Of a stretch of 64,000 bases of DNA, positions 1 through 19,145 are shown in pieces (the stretch's first letter is position 1; every line of letters begins with the position of its first letter). Below the pieces are notes generated by a model. It ran no database searches. It had not been told where the DNA came from and worked only from the letters and a program-made list of their open reading frames with translations. The translations under genes and the position numbers were made by a program. The stretch comes from the human T2T-CHM13v2.0 reference genome, Homo sapiens: assembly GCF_009914755.1 (NCBI RefSeq), contig NC_060938.1; one strand, written 5' to 3'.

Positions 1-830
1 GGGCCGGCCCGGGTCCCGCAGCGGATCACGGCAGGGCCGGGACTCGAACCCGGGCTCCCGGGGGCCGACTGTGGGCCGGGAGCGTCCCTGCGGCGACGGC
101 GCGCGCCCGCACTCTGACCGCGGCCTGACCCCCGGCTGCCGGCGCGCCGTGGGGCTGCGGCCCAGAGGCCAGTGGGAGGGGCGCGGGGGGCCCCCGGAGC
201 GAGCATGTGACCCGAGGCCGCGCGCTCGGAACCAGCCCCGGCCCGACGCCCTTGGCTGGCACCTGCTTCTCCCCCACCGGCGTCTTCCGCGGCTCTCGGG
301 GCCGCGCCCCCCGCACCAGCTCCCGAGCCTTGGCCTTCGCCCGAGCGATCTCCCGCCTAGAACCCCGCGCCCACCTGTGCCACCTGTGCCCACCTGCGCC
401 AGCATCCCTCGAGGTCCAGCTCCAGCGTCCCCGGGGAGGGTCCGGTCCTCGTCTCCAGGGCCTGGGTCTCTCCCTGCAGTCCCGTCTCCAGAGGCGCCGC
501 CCCCTCGGGCCTGAGCGCCGGAGTGACAGAGCCCTGGGCAGGGCCCTGAGCAGACCCTCAGTAAAGGCTGCCAGGGGGGTAGGCACCCGCTCGGGGCCCC
601 CCACATGGTGCCATTCGCCCGGACCGCGGCGGAGAGCAGACAGGGGGACTGAGGTGCTCCCCGCGGCAGCACCGAACTCCCACGGGCATCAGAAGGCAAG
701 GTCTGCGGATGGCCCCAGACACAGAAGGCGTAAGCCGCCCTGGGAAGCGCCGGCCCAGTGGAGAAGGCCGCCGCGAGGTCAGGGTCAGTCTGGAGCCTGT
801 CTGGTTCTCGGAGAGGCTTCTGGCTGCTGC
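1..830. promoter_or_regulatory. CpG island (runs off the left edge), probably promoter-associated
   Basis: Very high GC with dense intact CpG (e.g. cggcgacggcgcgcgcccgc) fading by ~830; associated gene not visible in the window. Confidence 0.85.
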
Positions 831-924
831 AGAGTGGGGGCAGAGCAAGGGAGGAGGCCAGGGAGCTCCCACCAGCCCATTCCTGGGGAGCCACCCCTGT
901 CCCTCAGAGGCCACGGGGGCTCGT

Positions 925-1160
925 GTTTGCGAGTGTGGACTTTCCAGTTAGACAGACTTGGTTCAGCACCGCCTCCGCCACACCCTCGCCTGGGATCCTA
1001 AACAAGCCGCATCTTCTCTGCATCGTAGTGTGCTTGTCTCTGTGATGGGAGAGTGTAGGGATAATAGTGCCTGCCTCGTGTCAAGAGGCTTTTTCGGATG
1101 CGAGGGATGGAAAGCGCCCAGCACAATTTGTGGCACGTGGTAGCTGTTCCATAAATAGCA
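925..1160 (+). mobile_element. MIR SINE
   Basis: ttagacagacttggttcagc...gataatagtgcctgcctc...aaagcgcccagcaca...ataaatagc follows the MIR consensus. Confidence 0.7.
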
Positions 1161-1314
1161 TTCTGTAGTTGGGCCGTGATTAGCAAGGAGGCTTAGTGTA
1201 CAGACGTCCCTGGGATTTTTAAACCTATCCACACCTGGGCATGAATGGCTAATGACACCCCTCTTCTGGGAGCAGGGTTTGGAGAGAAGAGGAGGCTCTA
1301 GATAATGAGTGATC

Positions 1315-1435
1315 CTAGGCTGAAAGTCAGAGACATACTTAAGTTCTAATTCTAGCTGCTCTGCTTCTGACCTCCTGTGGGGCCTTAGGCAACTTGCACT
1401 CCTTCTCTGGGCCTTGGTTTCCCCAGCTTTGACAG
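1315..1435 (+). mobile_element. MIR fragment
   Basis: ggctgaaagtcagagac...ccttaggcaacttgcactccttctctgggccttggtttcccc. Confidence 0.6.
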
Positions 1436-1968
1436 CTGATGTCCCTGAGTCACGAAGGGGTACTTCTGGCCCACGAAGCCTGACAAAGGACAGGTTTTGC
1501 CAAGGCTCTTCAGAGAGGTGCCCCCCGGGGTAAGGTGATCCAAATGAGCCTGCTCTTCCAGGAAGGGAAGCATTGGCACAAGGGCTCCCCTCTTGCCTGC
1601 AGGACCTGTGGGCACAGACAGTGGCAGCTACCGTGCCTCACACCAAAGCATCCTATATCCTCCAGGTAAGGGTCCATTTGAGGCAGGCTGGTCAGCTCCC
1701 CCTCAAGTCCTTCCCGCTGGTCCCCATCCTCCTCTCCACCCAGCCTGCCACCTCCAGGCATCGGCCCATCACCTCCCACCTGGACCAAGCTCATTCATTA
1801 TAAGCCCACTGCTCTAGCCTCCACGCCCCCACCATTCCCAACACGCCCCTGCCCTCCATCTTCCTGGAGCACACACGGCCCAACCCTGTAAAGCCCTTCT
1901 GTGTCTCTCCATTACACAGACCAAAGTTCACGAGCAGCCCATCAGGAATCGCCGTGAATGTTGTTAAT

Positions 1969-2108
1969 GTGCAGTGGCTCACGCCTGTAATTCTACCACT
2001 TTGGGGGGCCAAGATGGGAGGATTGCTTGAGGCCAGGCCAGGAGTTCGAGACCGGCCTGGTCAACACAATGAGATCCCCCCATCTCTAAAAAAAAAAAAA
2101 AAAAAAAG
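1969..2108 (+). mobile_element. Alu left monomer (FLAM-like)
   Basis: gcagtggctcacgcctgtaat...catctct plus poly(A), single arm. Confidence 0.85.
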
Positions 2109-2114
2109 GAATCA

Positions 2115-2365
2115 CCAGTAATGATGGGATATAGGCATTAAGGTTACGGAAGAAGATGTCCATATTTTTTAGAGATGCATCCTAGCATATGTAAGGGGTC
2201 TGCAATTTGTTTAAAAACAATTCAGCCAGAGGGAAAGAGAGCCAAGCAATTAGGAATAACTGAAACATACGTGGCAAATTCTTGATAACATTTGAACCTG
2301 GATGGTGGGTATGTTGGGGTGCATTGTACTTTATACTCTATGTTTGAAATATTTTATGTTAAAAA
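2115..2365 (+). mobile_element. Old L1 (L1M) 3' end fragment
   Basis: gtggcaaattcttgataacatttgaacctggatggtgggtatg...tgtttgaaatatttt resembles an L1ME/MC 3' terminus. Confidence 0.6.
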
Positions 2366-2375
2366 TGATTAAAGG

Positions 2376-3900
<1,525 letters not shown>

Positions 3901-4094
3901 TTAAAAATGATTAAATACTCTTAAAACAGATAAAAAGTCCCTTTAGGGAGGACATTAGTATATATTCATATTGGCATAAATACATTCTGGAAGAATCCAG
4001 GGAACACTAATAAAGTGATGACTGCACGTGGGAATGGGAACTGGGTTGATAAGGGGCAGAAATCAGAGTGAGGCTTTTCACTATTAGTTTTTGA

Positions 4095-4970
<876 letters not shown>

Positions 4971-5034
4971 TCATGTTTGATTTTTGAATCAGGTGACTAT
5001 ATTACTAAATTACAATAACATGTTTTAAAACTTG

Positions 5035-5815
<781 letters not shown>

Positions 5816-5829
5816 CATGCCTAAGACCC

Positions 5830-6141
5830 GTATTGGTTTGCTAGGCCTACCATAACAAAATACCACAGACTGGGTGGCTTAAAAAAACAGAAATTTATTT
5901 TCTCACAGTTTCGTGGTAGTTTTCTGGAAGTCCAAGCTCCAGGTGCTGCAGGGCTGGACTCTTCCAAGACCTCTTGCCTTGGCTGGCAGATGACCACCCT
6001 CTTGTGGGCTCCTAACATGATCTTTTGCTGTGTGTGCACCTGCCTGGTGTCTCTCTTTTCATAGGTCATAGTCACATTGCATTAGGGCCCAGCCATAGGA
6101 CTTCATTTTACCTAATTACCTGTCTGAAGACCCTACCTCCA
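5830..6141 (-). mobile_element. MaLR LTR (MLT1A/B-like), 5' end missing
   Basis: gtattggtttgctagg...ataacaaaataccacagactgggtggctt...aatttattttctcacagtt is the reverse complement of the MLT1 3' end. Confidence 0.85.
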
Positions 6142-6550
6142 GGCCCTTGTCCACCCACCTCCCTGTGTACGAGAAAGCACTCTGTGTATCCCTCAGAAAG
6201 GAGTGCTTCCTGTTCTGTTGAAAATCAAAGCCTTCTTCTGCAGCATTTCCCCAGATCGCCCAGGGATGACGCATCTCACCACATTCCTCCAGACTGCCCA
6301 GACCTGGGTCACGCATCACAATCTGCCACCTTGGAGCTGTCTATGTACCTGTTGCCCCAGGGGCCAGCAGGCTCCATGAACAGGTGTCGCCTGGTTTCTT
6401 CCATGTACCCACCCAGGTCCAGGCCCTGGTGACACAGCCTTGAGCAAAACAGTGAGGTCCCTGTCCTCACAGAGTTTGTATTCCGGCCAGGCAAGAAGAC
6501 GATAGACAAGAACACAAATGCTGGTAAGTGTATTTTTAACAATAAGTCCA

Positions 6551-6862
6551 GGCCGGGCGCGGTGGCTCACATCTGTAATCCCAGCACTTTGGGAGGCTGG
6601 AGTGGGAGGATCACTTGAGGACAGGAGTTAAAGACCAGCCTGGGAAACATAAGGAGAGCCTGTCTCTACAGCAAAAATACAAAAAGTAGTCAGACGTGGT
6701 GGAGTGCTCCTGTAGTCCCAGTTACTTTGGGAGGCTGAGGTGGAAGGATCGCTTGAGCCCAGGAGTCTGAGGCTGCAGTGAGCTGAGATCGCACCACTAC
6801 ACTCCAGCCTGGGCAAAAGAGGGAGACCCTGCCTCAAAATAGTAATAACAACAATAATAATA
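6551..6862 (+). mobile_element. AluJ
   Basis: Full dimer with AluJ-type diagnostics and (aat/aac)n tail. Confidence 0.92.
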
Positions 6863-8924
6863 AAGCCAGATAATGTGACAGAGACAGCTGCCTCTGCCAG
6901 GGAGTTGCAGGCTGCAGGAGCAGGGAGGGGGAGGAGCAGGTAAGGAAAGTGCTGGAGGCTATGGAGGGAGGTAGGGTCAGGCTTCAGTTTGCGGGCTGTG
7001 GCGGGTCTGGATTTTGTTGGCCCTGAGGGCAGAGGGCCTTCCCTCTGGTGTTTCCAGGGGAAACTCTTTCTGACAGCTGATTTACAATCTTAAGCTTCCG
7101 GTGGAAGTTGGCTGGCCTTCCGCAGCAGTGGAGGAGGACGGGCCCTTAGGATGAGGAAGTCAGAGGAAGTGGATGTGGGGAAGGGCTTCTATCTGGGGTA
7201 AGATTTGAAGGGTGGGAGTTGGGAGGAGGAAAGGAAGGACTCAGGATGGCTCCAGGCTTTGGGGCTGCTGTGCAGGGCCTGCAACCTGGCACCCACAGTG
7301 CCTTATCCAGGCCTAAGAGAGGGCGCTGTGGGCTCTGTGCTGACATCTGCTTGGCCACGCTGTCCCCAAGAAGGCCACATTTCATGACTCCCCTTCCTGT
7401 CCAGCCTGGGCCTGTGGCCCACTCTGGGATCCATCTGGCACTGCAGCCAAATGCCAGGTGTTACCGTGCCCCTCACCCCCTCAGTCCTTCCCCCACAACA
7501 CACACACCTCCTTTTTTCTCTGGCCCCACCCCAACCTGAGCTGCCCTCACCTCTACTCCAAGTTAGCCTCCCTCCCGCTGGAAAATCCGACCCAACCACT
7601 CCCCACTGGGACCCCTCGGGGCCTCCCTTCTGCCCTGACGGTCAAGGGTAGTTAAACCCCTGAGGGCTTGGGTTTGCGGCTCTCCAGCCTCATGCCCTCA
7701 CCATCCCCCGCTCCAGGCCGACTCCCACCCCACCCTAGGCCCCGCTGGCAGCCCCTCCCCAGTGTGGGGGTGGGGACTCTGGGACAATGGGACGTGCAGC
7801 TCCTGTTCCGCCCCCACAGCTGCCCGGGGAAACCTGTTTTCACAAGTGTTGGCTGTGAACCAGTCGTGGTTCCATTTGCTCCTCTGGGGCATTAAGTAAT
7901 ATTTTTTGTTATCCAGGTTAGAAAATAAGTTGGTGGGAAAACACCCAGCGATCTGCTTGTTTTTGGTCTTTTGTTTGGCCGTGGGTGGCCCCTGTGGCCT
8001 GTGAGGCTGCACTTGTGTCCCCCACCAGATCCCCAGTGCCCAGCACACAGTAGACACCTAATAAATGTGCATGGAGGGCAGACTCCACCGCTGCCTCCAC
8101 CAAATAAAATACAGCTGGAAACCCAGCGACATCCACCCCAGGCCACAGAAAAGAGTGTCCCTGCCAGGAGTTCCCACCCAGGAGTCTTGGAACTCAGAGA
8201 GGGGGTCTCCGGAGCCAACCCACCTGTTTTCATTCCTGCAACAGGCCTCTGTCACAGGATCACTGTCCAGGGGTAGGGGTCGCCATGCCCAGAACTCAGC
8301 AAGTGTTCAGCTGACTGCAGCCTCATCTTCCTGCGAGGACTCAGAGCGGGGCAGGCGTTCTCTGAAGCCCAGAGAGGCTTTGCCACTTGCCCAGGGCCAC
8401 AGAGCTACGGAGCCTGTGACTGGAACCCGGAGCCAAGTCTATGGCCTCCACCTGGTGGCCGCTGCCTCCAAAAACTCCCAGCTCCACAAGTCCCGCCCTC
8501 TGCCTTGGCAGGGTTTGCCTGGTGTCCTACACACACTGTACTGGTCTTTCAGGGTCTAAACCTCTCTTTCTCCCTTCCTTCTGGAATCTGTCTGGGGCCC
8601 CTGTGAGGAAGAAAAGGCTGCTGGGCCAGGACACTTCATCCATTCATTCATTCCTGACCTTTCTTGCGTCCTCCGTGCTAGGCCCGAAGGAGGGTAGGAG
8701 TCTTGGTCCCTGCACACAGCGAGCTTTCCCTCTGGATGTTGTGTCAGGCCACACACTTTAGTCTTCCGTCTTTTCTTCTTCACCAAGCATCCCACCCTAA
8801 GCGCCCACTCACTCCTGCCTTTATTTCGGGTTTTCCCTGACATTCTTCTACCTAACCCACTGCTTTTCCCCAGCTCTCTGCCTCTTGGCTGCTTCCAGTT
8901 CCCGCCATTACTCACAACGCTGTC

Positions 8925-9343
8925 ACATCAGTCAGGGTCCCATAGGGAAACAGATGGCTTCCTCAAATTAGGGAAATTCCAGGAAGGCGATTTACAAAGG
9001 GGGATGCTTACAGAAGGAAGGGGGGACCACTAGGGGAGGGCAGGACTCTGGGACCAGCATTAGGGGGACTCTTTCCACCATCAGGGCTGGAAGGAAGAGA
9101 AAGGGGAGCTCTCCAGCAAAGAAGAAAGTCCAGAGGAGGCTGGCCTGGAGGGCAGTGGCATTGGTCAGAGGCAGGCCCAAAGAGGGAGGGGATCCATTCC
9201 CGCATCGCTCCCTCTCCTGCCTTTGACCTCCCACAGGGCACCTCCACATCTGGCTGCAGCCCATGGAGGTGGCCCCAAAAGGCAAAAGCAGGGTGAAGGA
9301 TGGAGCATCAATCTGGGAGGACGAGAGCCGGACACCCAGCACA
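8925..9343 (-). mobile_element. ERVL solo LTR, LTR33-like
   Basis: atcagtcagggtccc..ggaaacagatggc..ctcaaatt at one end and ..atctgggagg..cccagcaca at the other match recalled LTR33 termini. Confidence 0.65.
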
Positions 9344-9721
9344 GGTGTGCAGGAAACTTCTGCACAAACACCTTTCTTCTTTGTAGGGGGTTTCTGTAGT
9401 ATGAGACATCAAGAGAATTCCTGAGCCAGAGCCTTCCTGGTTTGTAAGAACAACTGCATTTTAACAGAACCCCAAAATACGTATGTCACTACCCCACTGA
9501 AGGCCCTTCCATAGCACCATCTATGGCTGTCATGTAACAGCCACACCTGGTGGCCTCGCCTGCAGTGCCCCAACTCTGCTCCCAGCAAGCCAGACTGCTG
9601 TGTTCTCCACAGCCCCTGTGGTCCGGGCTGTGGCTCTCCAAGGCCCCTCTCTTCCATTCTAGGTGGATCTGCTGACACGTGGTCTGTCCTTCAAGGCCTC
9701 CTCCGATAGTGCAAATGTATT

Positions 9722-9793
9722 TCCAAATACCACCACCTTAAGGGTTAGGATTTCAACACATGAATTTGGGGAGAGCACATTCAGTCCATAACA
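9722..9793 (-). mobile_element. MLT1A-like LTR 5' head, inverted relative to the adjacent body
   Basis: Reverse complement reads tgttatggactgaatgtgctctccccaaattcatgtgttgaaatcctaaccc, the MLT1A start. Confidence 0.8.
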
Positions 9794-9794
9794 A

Positions 9795-10362
<568 letters not shown>

Positions 10363-10414
10363 CCACCCCTACACTACCCCACTCACTCCCGATTCCCCAA
10401 ACCCTGTGCAGAAC

Positions 10415-10483
10415 TTAGCAGTGCCTAGCCACATCCCTTAGCAGTGCCTAGCCACATCCCTTAGCAGTGCCTAGCCACATCCC
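10415..10483. repeat. 23-bp tandem repeat x3 (perfect)
   Basis: ttagcagtgcctagccacatccc at 10415, 10438 and 10461. Confidence 0.97.
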
Positions 10484-10489
10484 TAAAGC

Positions 10490-10656
10490 CGCTGCTTCTC
10501 CATCTTCAGCACCTGAGAATCGCCTGGAGGGCTGGGTCCATCCCCAGGGCGTCTGCTCCAGTAGGTCTGGGATGGGCCCAAGTATTCGCATTTCTAACAA
10601 GTTCCCCTGTGCTGCTGATGCTGCTGGTCCAGGGACCACACTTGGAGAGCCACTGC
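10490..10656. mobile_element. MER5A (hAT-Charlie DNA transposon relic)
   Basis: agaatcgcctggagggct...gcatttctaacaagttccc...tgctgatgctgctggtccagggaccacactt..gagccactg. Confidence 0.85.
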
Positions 10657-10659
10657 CCC

Positions 10660-10992
10660 AGGCTGTCCCCACCCGACCCGTCTGGCAGCCCCTGAGGCTG
10701 TGGGAGGCCACTCCACCACGATGGCTGCTGCATAGGAGCAGTCCTCACAAAGACTGGGGCTGGAGGGTCCCCGGCCCCCTCCCCTGACGGGCCGGCTCTG
10801 CTTGGATGCACGTTCCACACAGCTGCCCAGAGGCCACTGAGCCCAGGCAGGCGCAGGGTACCCTGTTCAGCTATGCACCCTGTCCTCTCTCCTTCCCTCC
10901 TCATCTCGCTTCCTAGGATCACTTTCCAGACCCACAGCTGGCCCTGGAATCCCAGTTTCTGGGCTCACCCTCTGGACAGCCAACCCAGGATG
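10660..10992 (+). mobile_element. ERVL LTR, LTR16-like (degraded)
   Basis: 3' part gcttcctaggatcactttccag...gaatccc..tttctgggctc..ctctgg..ccaacccagga resembles the LTR16 end. Confidence 0.5.
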
Positions 10993-11043
10993 CTCTGTTC
11001 TACTTTTTCTCTTTCCCCTAACATATATTGCCTTCTAATATAA

Positions 11044-11518
<475 letters not shown>

Positions 11519-11656
11519 AAGGAAGGAAGGGAGGAAGGGAGGGAGGGAAGGAAGGGAAGGGGGAGGAAGGAAGGAAGTGAGGGAGCCAGGGGAGGGAGGG
11601 AGGGAGTGGAGGGAAGGAGCCAGGGAGGGAGGGAGGGAAGGAAGGAAAGGAAGGAC
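11519..11656. repeat. (GGAA/GGGA)n polypurine tract
   Basis: Near-pure purine run of ggaa/ggga units. Confidence 0.92.
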
Positions 11657-12479
11657 CACATGAGCTGGCCGGGTGGGGACAGATGTGGGGCCTTCCTGGC
11701 ACCTGGTCCCATAAACCTCTGCAGGTGTTTAGTGAATGTTGAGAGTGGGGAAGGGAAAGGGAAGGAGGCCTGAGAAGAAGGGGTGCCTCTTCTCGGCTGA
11801 CCTCTGAAATTGGCTGACCACCTCCTTGGAGGACAACTCCTTGGCTCCCTCACAGGTAACTAAGGGGTGGAGAGTGTTGCCAGTTCTGCCCAGTGAAGCT
11901 GCTGGCAAACCATTCCCAGCTCAGACCATCCCTGCTCGCTCCCTTGCCAGTGTCTAGCCTCTGTGCTCCCTCGGCACCCACCTCCCTGCAGTCCCCTGGG
12001 TGGGCACCCAACGGCCTGCCTCCGTCCAACTCTCGGTCCGAATTCTCTGTTCCCTGGCCCACCTGGAACTCTCCGACCATCTGTGCTCCCTGTCACAGGG
12101 GCTCCTGGTGGGAGGAAGTTGAGCCTGGGGAGAAGCGACTCGGCTGGCACGCTGGCTTCCAGCCCTGCCCTGTCCTTCCCGCCGGCCAGCTGCTTCCAGG
12201 TCAACCTTGGGTCCCACTCCTGAGGACAATGTCCCTTCACTGTCCCAAGCAGGAGCGCTGATTCCGTCATCTGTCATGTACGAAAACCCCTTCTTGAAGC
12301 TTCTCAGATGCCCCTGCCTTTCCTGGCCAGGGGTTTCTCTCCTAGTCCGTCTGCTGTGGTCTTTCTAGAGGGCCGAATCAAGGCCAGTTCTGAGTGCTCC
12401 TTAATTTATTTTTATGTTGAAATTTAATTTTGATTTTCAAAATTGTCATTGCATCATTCCCAAGTGTTTCAAAGGACTT

Positions 12480-12632
12480 TATCTCACTTGCCGGTCGCTA
12501 TAATCCTGTGAAGGAAATACCATTTCTCCTTCATTACAGATGAGGATATGGAGGCTTTCCGGGTCTTTCAGCCTCTGAGTGGGAGAGCCAAGATTCAAAT
12601 CCAGCTCTTCTGACTCTAAATCCTGCACTCTC
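12480..12632 (-). mobile_element. MIR
   Basis: ttacagatgaggatatggaggc...gagccaagattcaaatccagctcttctgactctaaa. Confidence 0.7.
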
Positions 12633-12729
12633 TACAATGTATACACTTTGCATTGTTTTATGAGCTCAGGATCCATTTGGCAGTAACTACTTGGATATTT
12701 TGTAGCAAGAAGTTAGCAAAATGTGCTTT

Positions 12730-13052
12730 CTTTTCTTTCTTTCTTTTTTTTTTTTTTTTTGGAGATGGAGTCTCGCTGTTGCCCAGGCTGGAGTGCAGTG
12801 GCGCAATCTTGGCTGGATCTCAGCTCACTGCAGGCTCCGCCCCCTGGGTTCACGCCATTCTCCTGCCTCAGCCTCCTGAGCAGCTGGGACTACAGGCGCC
12901 CGCCACCTCGCCCGGCTAATTTTTTGTATTTTTAGTAGAGACGGGGTTTCACCATGTTAGCCAGGATGGTCTCGATCTCCTGACCTCGTGATCTGCCCGC
13001 CTCGGCCTCCCAAAGTGCTGGGATTACAGGCGTGAGCCACCGCGCCCGGCCC
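12730..13052 (-). mobile_element. AluY
   Basis: cacgccattctc, ttagccaggatggtctcgatctcctgacctcgtga diagnostics; TSD aaaatgtgctttcttt. Confidence 0.95.
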
Positions 13053-13198
13053 AAAATGTGCTTTCTTTCACACAGTACCTATGAGCTTGGACTGTGGAGC
13101 TAGAGAACATCTGCCACTTAGTTTCGGCTGTGTAATTTTGGGCCAGTTACATAACGTTTCTGTGCCTTAGTTTGCTCACCTGTAGATGGGGATAATAA

Positions 13199-13702
<504 letters not shown>

Positions 13703-14137
13703 TGAGAAGGCTGCCGACCTGACCTTGAAACACTCCCACCAGCTCAACAGCAGCATCTTCTCACTGGCTCACCCACACCAGCCTTCCCCACATAGACATG
13801 AGTACAGAGGGGAACAGGGTGATCTGTCCTTTTTGCCAACACCAGAGAAGGCAGCTGGCAGTGGCATTTGGAGATAAGGTGGCTGACTGCTGCAATTGGT
13901 GCTGGGGTGCCTGAGATGGTTCTGAAAAGTTCAGGAAACACCTCTCAAGTGAAGTAGGAGGACATGGTGCATACCTCCCAGAAACGCTGAAAGGAAGTTG
14001 CTGGCCCCTTAGCCTGCCCGGAGCCAGGGGTCTGCTCAGCTGAGCGAGGTCTGAAGAGCACAGGCAAGGCCAGGAGGGGCTTTGCTGAAGGATGTTGGTC
14101 TTGAAAGACGGGTCCAGCTGGGGCCAGGGGGGAATTT

Positions 14138-15370
<1,233 letters not shown>

Positions 15371-15394
15371 GCTTGATTTTTTAAAAATATTATG

Positions 15395-17267
<1,873 letters not shown>

Positions 17268-17393
17268 TAATGTGTGTGTATATATAGTCCCACTTCTAGT
17301 CATTTACCCTTGAGAAATGATAACATATGTTCATACAAAGACCCAGCCTGGGTAATATGGTGAAACCTCATCTCTACAAAAAATCTTTTTGTA

Positions 17394-17648
17394 ATGCAGC
17401 GTAAAAAATAATGAGTTCATGTCCTTTGCAGGGACATGGATGAAGCTGGAAGCCATCATTCTCAGCAAACTAACACAGGAACAGAAAACCAAACACCGCA
17501 TGTTCTCACTTATAAGTGGGAGTTGAACAATGAGAACACATGGACCCAGGGAGGGGAACATCACACAGTGGGGCCTGTCAGGGGTTGGGGAGGCAAGGGG
17601 AGGGAGAGCATTAGGACAAATACCTAATGCATGCAGGGCTTAAAACCT
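17394..17648 (+). mobile_element. L1PA-type ORF2-end/3'UTR fragment without poly(A), between Alu pieces
   Basis: gagttcatgtcctttgcagggacatggatgaagctggaa...catgttctcacttataagtgggagttgaacaatgagaacacatgga...gggcttaaaacct. Confidence 0.92.
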
Positions 17649-17650
17649 GA

Positions 17651-18056
<406 letters not shown>

Positions 18057-18525
18057 TGGTACTTAACTTGATAGCATTCACAGCTCTCCCTGGAGGAAGG
18101 TCACGCAATTGTCACCCACAACTTTTCAGGTGAGTGAACAGAGTCAGAGGAGTTGAGCAACTAGCTCAAGGCCACACAGGGACTAGGTGGTAAGGCAGAG
18201 ACTTGACCTTGGGCCACTGACCGAAGACCCGTGTGCTGGGAGCCCATGTCACACCATTTATGGAATGAGGCCCTTGGGGTGGGACTCAGCTACCTGCCAA
18301 GTAGTTTTGGGGCTGCTGACGGGAACTTGGAACTTGCTCCTCTTTACTGGAGCCTTCCAGAGCCAATGCCTGCCTCCCTCGTCCCAAGAAGGAACAGCTT
18401 TAGCAGGGCACCACAGAAAGGACTCCCAGCTGGGCGGGGGCTGCGGGGGGACTCCCTGGGCATCCTGGAAATTGCACAAGCCCCTGGACAGGGATGGTGC
18501 AGGTCACCTTCTCCCCTGACGATGA

Positions 18526-19145
<620 letters not shown>

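Noticed and set aside
26-1001. ORFs of 147-264 aa on both strands
   Set aside because: R/P/G/A-rich products typical of stop-poor CpG islands; several have non-ATG starts and none has a recognisable domain
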